Counted from the stretch's first letter, positions 35,387 to 44,181 are shown. The stretch is DNA of 64,000 nt from a virus (IMGVR_UViG_3300042503_000838:61843-125842), one strand, 5' to 3'. Notes: generated from the sequence alone by a model not told the origin. Translations and numbers: made by a program.

Positions 35387-37190
35387 ACATTGGCTAATAA
35401 TCGATTTGGAGTCCAATGGTCTCTACGATAATGTGACGGTAATCCATTGCATTGTCATTCATGACATTGGACTCCAACAAACTTTTAGTTATGGGCCTGA
35501 TCGCATTGCTGATGCTCTTGCTCATCTGGCAACCGCTGATGTTTTGATTGGCCACAACATTTTGTTTTATGACATTCCAGTCCTAAACAAACTGTATCCA
35601 TCTGTACAACTCAACGGAAGAATCATTGACACACTCATCTGCACCAGGCTCATCTGGCCCAAGGAAATCCTCTACACCCTTGACGATGAACAATATACGC
35701 AGGTTCCGAAGGGACTCAAGGGGTCTGCATCCCTCAAGGCATGGGGATGGAGGTTGGCCGATCACAAGATCAACTTCAAAGACTTCAGTGAATACAGTGA
35801 AGAAATGTTGGCATACTGTCAGCAGGACGTTGCTGTTACTAAGAAGCTTTGGCAGCACATCACAAAAGAAAACTACCCGCAGCCTGCGCTCAAGCTTGAG
35901 CATGATCTTGCCCTGGCAATTGAAAAACAAATTAGAGCAGGCATTCCTTTTGATGTGGATGCATGTCTTGATTTGGTGGATAGTCTCAGAGCAAAAGAAG
36001 CAGAGCTTGAGGCACACCTAAAGGAGATCTTTCCACCTACCAAGATTGAATCAATCTTTGTTCCAAAGGTAAACAACTCGAAACGTGGTTATGTCAAAGG
36101 ACAACCGTTCACTAAAGTTACGTATCAGGAGTTTAATCCTGGGTCTCGCGATCAGATTGTACAACGCCTCACAAAAAAATATGGATGGCAGCCCGAAGCC
36201 ACCACTGAAAAAGGTAATCCAATTCTTAATGATGATGTACTTGATGCTTTGCCGTACCCAGAAGCAAAACCACTAGCTGAATATATGTTAGTCAAGAAAC
36301 GTCTTGGTCAAATTGCTGATGGTAACAATGCTTGGTTAAAGCTTGTTAATAATGATGATGGCCGTATGCACGGTGATCTCATTACCAATGGATGTATTAC
36401 GGGCCGAGCGAGTCATCGTAATCCCAATATGGCCCAAGTGCCAGCAGGTTATTCACCTTACGGTCATGAATGTCGTTCGTTGTTCCATGCTCCTGATGGT
36501 TGGGATCTTATTGGGATCGATGCTAAAGCTTTGGAGCTTAGGTGTCTTGCTGGGTATCTAGCCATCTGGGATGATGGTGAATACTCAGCAATGGTTACAA
36601 ACCCTGAGGTTGACATTCACGTGTACAACCAAAAGATGTTTGGTGTTGAAACCAGAGACATTGCCAAGCGTTTGCTGTATGGGGTTTTGTATGGTGCTGG
36701 TGCACTTAAGGCTGGTACAATTATTGATCCGAATGAAAAAGATGAAGTAGTTCTTAGAAAACTAGGAGCTACTGCAATTAACTCATTCATGGATGGGGTG
36801 CCTGCACTCCGGAAACTCAAACAACTTATTGATGAAACCATTGGCTTACGCGGTTATCTTATCGGCCTTGATCGTCGGACGTTACATTGTCGTTCCGCTT
36901 TTAAAGGATTGAATGTTTTGTTGCAAGCAAGTGGTGCAGCAATCATGAAGCAAGTTGTTGTCACCACGCACAACAACATTGAACAGAACCTTGGCTTGGT
37001 TCACGGCAAGGATTGGGAGCAACTCCTGTTTGTTCACGATGAGATTCAAGTGGCATGTGCTCCACAGCACACTGAGCTGATCAAAGAGCAAGCATTGGCT
37101 GCGTTCCCGCAAGCGCAACAATTCTTTGGATTCCGCTGTCCTATAGAAGGTGATGCTAAGGTGGGCTGCACCTGGGCAATGACACACTGA
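35325..37190 (+). CDS. polA: DNA polymerase family A with 3'-5' exonuclease (T7 gp5-like, Tyr762 type)
   Basis: Exo I DLE, Exo II GHN..FYD, Exo III YCQQD; motif A DAKALELR, motif B RDIAKRLLYGVLYG, motif C VHDE. Confidence 0.93.
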   Translation: MTTASTVKNSQFKMLPGSKDEHWLIIDLESNGLYDNVTVIHCIVIHDIGLQQTFSYGPDRIADALAHLATADVLIGHNILFYDIPVLNKLYPSVQLNGRIIDTLICTRLIWPKEILYTLDDEQYTQVPKGLKGSASLKAWGWRLADHKINFKDFSEYSEEMLAYCQQDVAVTKKLWQHITKENYPQPALKLEHDLALAIEKQIRAGIPFDVDACLDLVDSLRAKEAELEAHLKEIFPPTKIESIFVPKVNNSKRGYVKGQPFTKVTYQEFNPGSRDQIVQRLTKKYGWQPEATTEKGNPILNDDVLDALPYPEAKPLAEYMLVKKRLGQIADGNNAWLKLVNNDDGRMHGDLITNGCITGRASHRNPNMAQVPAGYSPYGHECRSLFHAPDGWDLIGIDAKALELRCLAGYLAIWDDGEYSAMVTNPEVDIHVYNQKMFGVETRDIAKRLLYGVLYGAGALKAGTIIDPNEKDEVVLRKLGATAINSFMDGVPALRKLKQLIDETIGLRGYLIGLDRRTLHCRSAFKGLNVLLQASGAAIMKQVVVTTHNNIEQNLGLVHGKDWEQLLFVHDEIQVACAPQHTELIKEQALAAFPQAQQFFGFRCPIEGDAKVGCTWAMTH

Positions 37191-37195
37191 GTGGT

Positions 37196-37600
37196 ATGGA
37201 CAACAAGCACAGAACAGGAGCGGTAAGCGAGCTAATTGCTCAGACATGGTTTCTTAAAAATGATTACGAAGTATTTGTTCCTGTTGTTCAACAAAATTTA
37301 TATGATTTAGTTGTATACAAAAACAATCAATTTCAAAGTGTACAAGTAAAAACAGCATATCAAATGTGGTCTGGAAAATTAAGTTATTATCTTGTTCGTT
37401 TGGGTAGGACTAGATATCAAAACAGTGGAAAAGTAATAAAAGAATACAAAGAAACAGAAAAATTTGACCTGCTTTTTGTTGTTAGAGAAAATAGCAAATG
37501 GTTGATTCCTTGGAATGAGATACCAAAAAAGAAAACAATTTATTTTAATGGTAAAAATAGAATCGCTGGTTACAACTCAGACGATTGGTTGGTAGATTAG
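37196..37600 (+). CDS. PD-(D/E)XK endonuclease (free-standing, homing-type)
   Basis: GAVSELIA...YDLV...VQVKT...FDLLFVV; markedly AT-rich. Confidence 0.8.
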   Translation: MDNKHRTGAVSELIAQTWFLKNDYEVFVPVVQQNLYDLVVYKNNQFQSVQVKTAYQMWSGKLSYYLVRLGRTRYQNSGKVIKEYKETEKFDLLFVVRENSKWLIPWNEIPKKKTIYFNGKNRIAGYNSDDWLVD

Positions 37601-37606
37601 TTTACT

Positions 37607-37632
37607 CGTCCTTGGCATGACGTTAAACTGCC
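37607..37632 (+). ncRNA. leader H-type pseudoknot, copy 6
   Basis: CGTC-CTTGGCAT-GACG-TTAAAC-TGCC. Confidence 0.75.
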
Positions 37633-37655
37633 TTAACAACTAACTTCTCGAACAC

Positions 37656-38465
37656 ATGAACTTTGTTTCTGTTTGCGCTCAGACCACTGAAGTACCACGT
37701 GAGGTATTCATCAGCGCAAGTTCTACAGCCATGCGTTGCATGGTAATGCTGCCTCCCGTAGGCAAGAAAGCTCCAACGCCAATCGAACTCAATGTGTACG
37801 GTAAGAATGCCGAGCGTTTTTCCCGAGTACCCAAGGGTGCACAGATCTACATTCACGGCGCCAAGCTACGTTTCGAACTTGAGTCCAGAACGTTTTCGTT
37901 ACATGGAGGAATTATTGCTCCGGCTAACGATCAGTTCCCGATCTTCAACACAGTTATCCTCAGCGGTCGCTGCGTCAAAGACATTGATCAAGAAGATGCA
38001 CGAGCCTTCAAGACAACTGCCGATGGTTTGATGATCTGCAACCAAACTCTTTCTGTTAATACAGGAAGGAATCAGGCAGATCTGTTTAACTTCTTTGCCA
38101 TGAACTCGGCAGAAGATAAGTTAAACAATGCAGAACTACTGGTTAACTTCACACGTAAAGGAACTGGTCTTACGATCCAGGGTCGTTTGATCACTGATGC
38201 GTGGAAGGATGCCAACACGGGTGAGAAGCGGTCTAACACCAAGATCCAGCTGGTGTCCATGACCCTGGCACCTAAGGGTCAAGGGGAAGTGAAGCCAATT
38301 GCACCGCAGACAACCGTTGCCTCCAGCGAGAATGTCACTAGTCTGTGGGGTGGCCGTACCGCTGAAGAAGGCTCTGACCCCTGGACGCAAAGCTCTGGTG
38401 GTGGGCTGCCTGATCTCCCCGGTCAGTACGGCTCCGCACCTGACCTTGAAGAAGTTCCCTTTTGA
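37656..38465 (+). CDS. ssb: single-stranded DNA-binding protein with probable tandem OB folds
   Basis: C-half NTVILSGR...KGTGLTIQGRL....WKD..TGEKRS; acidic tail ending DLEEVPF. Confidence 0.8.
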   Translation: MNFVSVCAQTTEVPREVFISASSTAMRCMVMLPPVGKKAPTPIELNVYGKNAERFSRVPKGAQIYIHGAKLRFELESRTFSLHGGIIAPANDQFPIFNTVILSGRCVKDIDQEDARAFKTTADGLMICNQTLSVNTGRNQADLFNFFAMNSAEDKLNNAELLVNFTRKGTGLTIQGRLITDAWKDANTGEKRSNTKIQLVSMTLAPKGQGEVKPIAPQTTVASSENVTSLWGGRTAEEGSDPWTQSSGGGLPDLPGQYGSAPDLEEVPF

Positions 38466-38710
38466 TTATCATGACTAAATCAGATCAACGCATGAAGTTT
38501 ACCCTTGAGGAAGAAGAGTACACCGTCGTATTCCAAAGCGCCGGTGTTACTACTGATGAAATCCTTGAGCACTTCATCATGTTTATGAAGGGCTGTGGGT
38601 ACAAAGAAGACAGTGTTTACGCTGCGCTCCAGGAATCCCTAGATGAACGTGAAGCTTTGTCAAAGGCAGCTGCGCTTTATGACAAGGATGCCTGCAAGGA
38701 CCTAGTGTAG
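38462..38710 (+). CDS. hypothetical protein
   Basis: EILEHFIMFMKGCGY pattern. Confidence 0.6.
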   Translation: MIIMTKSDQRMKFTLEEEEYTVVFQSAGVTTDEILEHFIMFMKGCGYKEDSVYAALQESLDEREALSKAAALYDKDACKDLV

Positions 38711-38715
38711 GTCAC

Positions 38716-38742
38716 CGCCTCGGGATGGCGTTAAAAACGTCC
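38716..38742 (+). ncRNA. leader H-type pseudoknot, copy 7
   Basis: CGCC-TCGGGAT-GGCG-TTAAAAAC-GTCC; stem 1 covaried. Confidence 0.75.
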
Positions 38743-38764
38743 ACGTCCAAACCCTGAACAAACC

Positions 38765-39784
38765 ATGATTGCCTCCATGACTACTAAGAAAACTTCTGCG
38801 CTTGCAACACGTGGACTCGATTCTTTCAAACTTTTTCAATCCAAAGAATTTGTTTCGGGGTACCAGAACCTCGTCACTATCCAGCCCCTCAACAAGTCCA
38901 AGACACGAGGTTGGTTCGTGCGGAACTCAGACCTGGACACTTGCGGCTGGAGTGCCACTGAAGATCAGTTTGCTAAAGGTTCAGTTATCTGGAACTACAA
39001 GCAAACTTTTGGTATGGCTCCCAACACTTCAGTGGAAGAAGGGCTCAATTTTGTTGAGCCTCGAATTCAAATCCTTCTTCGTTCTCCCCTCATGGTTGAG
39101 GAAACCACGGGGATGAGGCAGACGATTGGTACCTTTGACAACCCTGATGTCAAGGAACTGTGGGAAGCTGACAAGATTGCTGCTGACCTGGAAGGTAGCA
39201 AAGGCAATCTCTACAAGCGTAAGTACAGCGTACGCACCAAGTACCTGGTTTACATCCTGACCCAGGACAACAAACGTGCCCATAAGATCCCGATGGTGCT
39301 GACCCTGAAGGGATTGAATGGCACTGATGTTTCCGAAAAAGTCAAGCTGTATGAAAAGGAAATGTCCAAGTGCCTGAGCAAGGCACTGGATGCTGAAGTA
39401 CCCCTGAGCTTCAATGAAAAGTTCTATGCAACTACCGTATTTACTCCGGTACTTGCCAACGAAATGCGCGGAGCCAACAACGTTGAGATCTGTGCAATTG
39501 AATCTTTTGACATTCCTGGTTACAGCACCCAAGAAGAAGCAGTCGAATCATTGAATCGCCTGTCGATTCCTGATGAAGATCGTGAATCTACTTGGAAGTA
39601 CCAAGAGTTGTTCAATGATTACATCAACATCCATGCCAAGCAGGATGCACAGAAGCTTGGTGGTGCCTACGGCATCAAGGATGGTGTCGAGATTCTTCCT
39701 GTGTCTCGTACCATGGATACGGTAGAGGTAAAGGCCCTGCCTGCTCGTGATGAAACCACTGGTGAAGACATTAGTCTTGCCTGA
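38765..39784 (+). CDS. DUF5895-like protein
   Basis: GWFV...GW...PRIQILLRSPL...TKYLVYIL..DN...HKIPMVLTLKG recalled from cyanobacterial/cyanophage DUF5895 proteins. Confidence 0.55.
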   Translation: MIASMTTKKTSALATRGLDSFKLFQSKEFVSGYQNLVTIQPLNKSKTRGWFVRNSDLDTCGWSATEDQFAKGSVIWNYKQTFGMAPNTSVEEGLNFVEPRIQILLRSPLMVEETTGMRQTIGTFDNPDVKELWEADKIAADLEGSKGNLYKRKYSVRTKYLVYILTQDNKRAHKIPMVLTLKGLNGTDVSEKVKLYEKEMSKCLSKALDAEVPLSFNEKFYATTVFTPVLANEMRGANNVEICAIESFDIPGYSTQEEAVESLNRLSIPDEDRESTWKYQELFNDYINIHAKQDAQKLGGAYGIKDGVEILPVSRTMDTVEVKALPARDETTGEDISLA

Positions 39785-40004
39785 TGGAATCAGTGGTGTC
39801 CTTGATCTTGCTTGAGTAATTCTCCTGCATTAAATCAAGGGCATCATTAACTAAACCTTTGATAGCTATCTGCCGTGTTGTTGCAATCTTTGTTAACAGC
39901 ACGGCAATTTCTTTTAACTCACTAAGTGATGTACATTCATTTATTGTTCTGAACATCTTCTCTTGCCAAAACAAATCCTCTGCAGATGATTCGAATTTCA
40001 ACAT
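39771..40004 (-). CDS. candidate NblA-like phycobilisome degradation protein
   Basis: S.E..F...I..S..ELKE..V.L......RQ..I..LV matches the two-helix NblA pattern by eye. Confidence 0.5.
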   Translation of the reverse strand: MLKFESSAEDLFWQEKMFRTINECTSLSELKEIAVLLTKIATTRQIAIKGLVNDALDLMQENYSSKIKDTTDSIRQD

Positions 40005-40085
40005 GAGATTAAATTGTTTAAGTTCATTCTACTTGTTGCATTTAAGCTGATTTGAAACCAATGGATTGTATTAAGGATTACCGCC

Positions 40086-40283
40086 ATGAAGCCTGAGCAC
40101 AAAGCTGTTCTAAAAGTTGGAGGTTCCTTTGGCCTACTTGGTGCGGGTGTCCTTGCTCTTGTGGGCACTCCTGTGGCATGGGCTGCGCTTGCTTACGGAA
40201 CGTACCGTGTATCGCGGGCGGCGTACCAGGATGCCAAGGACCGTGCTACCATCCAGGAAGACGACAGCTCCTGGCACGTCTGA
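40086..40283 (+). CDS. small membrane protein
   Basis: Hydrophobic GLLGAGVLALVGTPVAWAALAYG. Confidence 0.6.
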   Translation: MKPEHKAVLKVGGSFGLLGAGVLALVGTPVAWAALAYGTYRVSRAAYQDAKDRATIQEDDSSWHV

Positions 40284-40307
40284 TCAAACTCAACTCAAAC
40301 TCAACTC

Positions 40308-41255
40308 ATGTCCAACCAAACTCAGCAGGAACTCAACGCGGCGCAGGCTGCGATCTACACACGCACCAACATCGGGCGTGCGTACCAAGGTTTTGATGAC
40401 ACCGAAATCGCTGGTATTTATCTGCGAGGTGATCATTGTATTGTGGTGCGTCGCGATGGTAGTGAGCAGGCTTATGACCGGCAGCTGATCAAGGCTGCCT
40501 TCCAGCAGTATACGCATCGCCTTAAAGATTTCTTTGCTTATCTTGGCCCCAACTACAGGGGGCCAAGTGTCTGGCACAACAATGCTTATGTCATGTTCAA
40601 AGGTTGGAACTATACTCATGCACTTGGACACCTGACATCCAATGCAAAACTTCAACAGCACTGGGCCGACAAATTTATACACCTATCAGACCCTGCCAAA
40701 GTCGTTGCCCTCCTCCAGAATGAGCAGACGGATCTGGGACATTTGGTTGCGCCGGATGGGCTTCGGAGCCCGAATCGGCCAATTGACTTGGAGTCTGAGC
40801 TGGAGGAAAACGCCTCAGGTATTCAGGCCAGCACTCCTGAACCTTACTGCTCATGTGGGTCCTTTCAGCGTCAGCTTCTTAATGTTTCGTTATTCCAACA
40901 GGAAGTTGAAGGATTCAAACCCTGGTGCATCCACCTGACTTGGTTCCATAAATACCGTGAGCTTCTGTGCAAGCGCACTGAAGTGCGTAATGCACTGCCC
41001 AGTGGTACACCGGATAAGTGCGTGGCGTGGTGGTATGCACCGCCTCAGGATCACACCAGTGCTGGTAAGTTTGTACTGCTACATACTAAGTCTGGTGCTC
41101 AGGCTCCCTTGACCCATTGGCGTACCTACAAACCAAGGGAGGTATTCAACCAGGAACATGCCTGGGATCTGTTCTTCAATATGATGGAGGCTGGTTACGT
41201 ACCGTTCCCTGGCATTGCACTACCTCAACTGCAATCTGCAATTAAAAAGAAATGA
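40308..41255 (+). CDS. SWIM-type zinc-finger protein
   Basis: YCSCGSF...PWCIHL (CxC...CxH). Confidence 0.65.
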   Translation: MSNQTQQELNAAQAAIYTRTNIGRAYQGFDDTEIAGIYLRGDHCIVVRRDGSEQAYDRQLIKAAFQQYTHRLKDFFAYLGPNYRGPSVWHNNAYVMFKGWNYTHALGHLTSNAKLQQHWADKFIHLSDPAKVVALLQNEQTDLGHLVAPDGLRSPNRPIDLESELEENASGIQASTPEPYCSCGSFQRQLLNVSLFQQEVEGFKPWCIHLTWFHKYRELLCKRTEVRNALPSGTPDKCVAWWYAPPQDHTSAGKFVLLHTKSGAQAPLTHWRTYKPREVFNQEHAWDLFFNMMEAGYVPFPGIALPQLQSAIKKK

Positions 41256-41443
41256 GCTTTCTTGCTTGGGTTGAAAAACTTCATGTAAAAGTTATTGATG
41301 AGGAGGATGGTGGTTGCATCATCCGCATTGATTGGGATGATGCCGATCCAGATCTTGAATACTGGACAAACCTTGGTGAAGAAGGACAAAAATCCTTTAT
41401 CATTCAAGCATTAATCAACGCACTTGATTGCTATATCGATTAA
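41252..41443 (+). CDS. hypothetical protein
   Basis: 63-aa acidic ORF. Confidence 0.55.
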   Translation: MSFLAWVEKLHVKVIDEEDGGCIIRIDWDDADPDLEYWTNLGEEGQKSFIIQALINALDCYID

Positions 41444-41460
41444 TACTTAGGGGAATCAAT

Positions 41461-41488
41461 CGTCCTGGTCATGACGTAAAACTGACCA
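41461..41488 (+). ncRNA. leader H-type pseudoknot, copy 8
   Basis: CGTC-CTGGTCAT-GACG-TAAAAC-TGACCA; TGGTCA/TGACCA. Confidence 0.8.
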
Positions 41489-41507
41489 CGACCTATACAA
41501 CCAACTC

Positions 41508-41627
41508 ATGCTCGAAGCCATTGCATCCTTTGTTCTTCCTGTTCTTAAAGATATTCTTTGGACAGCGGCCGCAGCGCTGCTGGCCTATGCACTAAACAAA
41601 TTTCAATCCCATCTCCAAAACATCTGA
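41508..41627 (+). CDS. small membrane protein (39 aa)
   Basis: MLEAIASFVLPVLKDILWTAAAALLAYALNKFQSHLQNI read by eye. Confidence 0.6.
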   Translation: MLEAIASFVLPVLKDILWTAAAALLAYALNKFQSHLQNI

Positions 41628-41630
41628 GCC

Positions 41631-42344
41631 ATGACTCAACTCACTCAAGCTAAACTCAAGGATCTAAACATACTCAAACTCTACGAGCACTATGGTGCCT
41701 TGGAACGCAGTCTTCCTCTCCTCACTCCTGAGTCCCAGGAACTGGCGCAAGCTGAGCTGGAGGCCTGTGCCTCTCTCCGTTCAGAGAAGGTCGACCGTAT
41801 CTATTACGCTATGGCGGCCCATGAGGATGCTCTTGAACGCATCAAAAAAGAAGGGGATATCATCACCCAAGCCAAGCGTCATCATGAGTCCCAACTGCGA
41901 TCCCTCAAGGGTTTGCTAAATTGGTTACGGCGTGCACTGCCATCTGATTCCAACAAGATCAGTGGGCGCAATTATCAATTCACCCTCATACGTAAGAAGG
42001 AGTTAACTGTTGAGATCACGTCAGACCCAGAGTTTTGGGACACTGAAGAACGCAGCAAATTCTGCATTGAGCAAGAAACAACCACAACCAAACGAATCGT
42101 GGTACGTTCAATGTCAGGAGAAGTCCTTGATGAAAGGACTGAACCCCGAACCAAACAAGAAGTTCTCCCAAACCTCGATGCCATCCGCAACGCCTACCAA
42201 GCCGGTCAGCACCTACCACACGGAGTCAAAGTTGTCCAAGAATACTCGGTCCGTTCCCAGCGCATCTTCTCAAACAAGTCAGTGGATCTGGAGGCATCCG
42301 AACATCTCGGAGAACTTCTACCAGAAGCTAGAACCCCCGACTGA
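41631..42344 (+). CDS. siphovirus Gp157-like coiled-coil protein
   Basis: EKVDRIYY.......LERIKKE.......KRHHE....SLK.LL pattern. Confidence 0.65.
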   Translation: MTQLTQAKLKDLNILKLYEHYGALERSLPLLTPESQELAQAELEACASLRSEKVDRIYYAMAAHEDALERIKKEGDIITQAKRHHESQLRSLKGLLNWLRRALPSDSNKISGRNYQFTLIRKKELTVEITSDPEFWDTEERSKFCIEQETTTTKRIVVRSMSGEVLDERTEPRTKQEVLPNLDAIRNAYQAGQHLPHGVKVVQEYSVRSQRIFSNKSVDLEASEHLGELLPEARTPD

Positions 42345-42585
42345 TCTCGAGGACGCACACATCCGCATGTCATGTCACAACCATAGTGTTGATGACTTCA
42401 ATCTCCAGATCCAGATGAATGAATTGGAGATGTCCATGCTTTGTGACGGTGACGAGCCAGTGCCTTACCACAACGATAAGGTCGATGAGCTTGAGCAAAA
42501 GAAACTTAAGCTTTTGCTTGGTAAGCGCTTCCACCAGAATGCAGCTCGTGCCTACTGGTACTACCTGGCGCGTGGTGATAAATAA
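42010..42585 (+). CDS. hypothetical protein (true start uncertain; 5' part overlaps the Gp157-like gene)
   Basis: C-terminal 80 aa (42345-42585) lie in an otherwise empty gap. Confidence 0.5.
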   Translation: MRSRQTQSFGTLKNAANSALSKKQPQPNESWYVQCQEKSLMKGLNPEPNKKFSQTSMPSATPTKPVSTYHTESKLSKNTRSVPSASSQTSQWIWRHPNISENFYQKLEPPTDLEDAHIRMSCHNHSVDDFNLQIQMNELEMSMLCDGDEPVPYHNDKVDELEQKKLKLLLGKRFHQNAARAYWYYLARGDK

Positions 42586-42620
42586 GTTGCCATACAATAA
42601 GTAAATATAAGAGGTGCCCC

Positions 42621-42884
42621 ATGTCTGATGAAAGTAAGCTGGTTGATTTACTGGCGGGTTTCACTCAGGCAGGGACACCTCTTCCCGCATTGATTGGCAC
42701 AAAGCTTGAGTGGCAAGTGACAGCGTTAACGGCAGGGATGCTGGCAAATAAAAACCTTGCTGCATCTATGGATGCAACCGAGATGGTTGATGCCGCTATT
42801 AATTACACCCATCTAATTCAAGAACGTCTTGGTTACTACCAGCAAAACCAAGCGCATTCCCTTGAAAGGCTTTTAGGAAACTGA
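42621..42884 (+). CDS. hypothetical protein
   Basis: 87-aa ORF with GAGG SD. Confidence 0.6.
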   Translation: MSDESKLVDLLAGFTQAGTPLPALIGTKLEWQVTALTAGMLANKNLAASMDATEMVDAAINYTHLIQERLGYYQQNQAHSLERLLGN

Positions 42885-42918
42885 CATTAAAATAAAAGAA
42901 CTGAAATAGTTCTTTGAG

Positions 42919-44181
42919 ATGTCGCAAACCAAAGCTCAGTTAATTGATAATCTAGTTCAACCAATCACTGGTGCATTAGGTAGTGCATCTGCACCAACTT
43001 TTAGCTTTACTGCAGACCCAAATACTGGTTTGTATTCCCCAGGGGCAGATCAAGTAGCTATTAGTACAGGTGGTACAGGCCGTTTATTTGTTGATGCAAG
43101 TGGCAATGTTGGTATTGGTACGGCAAGTCCCTCCTCTTCTTTTCATGTTTTAAATCGCGGTTTATTTGATACAGCAAATAGCGGTGTTTCAGGAAACGTA
43201 GGGCTTGCTGTTGGCAATATTGGGGTGGGTTTTAACTGGCAAACAGGAAACGCACTTAGTATTCATACAGCTAACAGCGAACGTTTGCGTATTGATGCCA
43301 GTGGCAGGCTCTTAGTTGGCACGTCTTCGAGCGCTAGCGCTGGCAACGCTCAGTACGCATTAGTTCAAGTTCGTGGCAACTCGTTTAGCACCGCTAATAA
43401 CGCCATACTTGCCATTGGCCGTGGTGAAGCTGCCACATCTATCACAGCTAACGAAGACATTGGCAACATCTCATTTACCGATAGCGCGGGCAATGAGTTT
43501 GCGGAGATTAAATGTAGTGCCGATGCAAATGCCGGATCGGGTGACTATCCAGGCAGGTTAGTGTTCTCCACTACCGCCGACGGAGCGAGCAGCCCGACGG
43601 AGCGGATGAGGATCAGGAATGATGGCGCAGTTCTTATAAATAATACATCAATGCTTCTTAACGAGAGGTTCCATGTCACGAACAGTGGAGCTTCTGCAAG
43701 CACAGCCTGCTTTATATTTGGCTCAACGGATGATCGTCCTATTGTTTCTACATTGCACCAGGGTTCTGGCGGGGCCACTTCTCGCACTCACTACCAGTTT
43801 TACAACAATGGTGGGTTTATTGTTGGATCGATAACAGCCACGGGCTCAGGTACGTCATTCAATACATCTTCTGATTATCGCCTAAAAGAAAACGTCGTTC
43901 CTCTGACCGGCGCAATTGATCGCATCAATCAGCTTGAGGTTCATCGCTTCAACTTCATTGCGGATCCCGACACCACGGTTGATGGCTTCCTTGCCCACGA
44001 AGCTAAGGCCGTAGTTCCTGAGTGCGTCACTGGCGAGAAGGATGCCGTCGATGACGAAGGCAAGCCTAAATACCAAGGCATCGACCAATCCAAGCTGGTG
44101 CCGCTGCTGACGGCTGCGTTGCAGGAGGCGCTGTCTGAGATCGAAAGTCTCAAGGCTCGTGTTACTGCGCTAGAGCCATAA
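42919..44181 (+). CDS. tail fibre protein with C-terminal intramolecular chaperone (peptidase S74-like)
   Basis: GNVGIGTASP and SGRLLVGT repeats; TSSDYRLKEN...GFLAHE...IDQSKLVPLLTAALQE plus coiled-coil. Confidence 0.88.
   Translation: MSQTKAQLIDNLVQPITGALGSASAPTFSFTADPNTGLYSPGADQVAISTGGTGRLFVDASGNVGIGTASPSSSFHVLNRGLFDTANSGVSGNVGLAVGNIGVGFNWQTGNALSIHTANSERLRIDASGRLLVGTSSSASAGNAQYALVQVRGNSFSTANNAILAIGRGEAATSITANEDIGNISFTDSAGNEFAEIKCSADANAGSGDYPGRLVFSTTADGASSPTERMRIRNDGAVLINNTSMLLNERFHVTNSGASASTACFIFGSTDDRPIVSTLHQGSGGATSRTHYQFYNNGGFIVGSITATGSGTSFNTSSDYRLKENVVPLTGAIDRINQLEVHRFNFIADPDTTVDGFLAHEAKAVVPECVTGEKDAVDDEGKPKYQGIDQSKLVPLLTAALQEALSEIESLKARVTALEP

Noticed and set aside
23164-41488. Pseudoknot repeats read as phage RNA polymerase promoters or operator DNA sites
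   Set aside because: Primary sequence varies while pairing is conserved, which argues for RNA structure; no phage RNAP gene in the window
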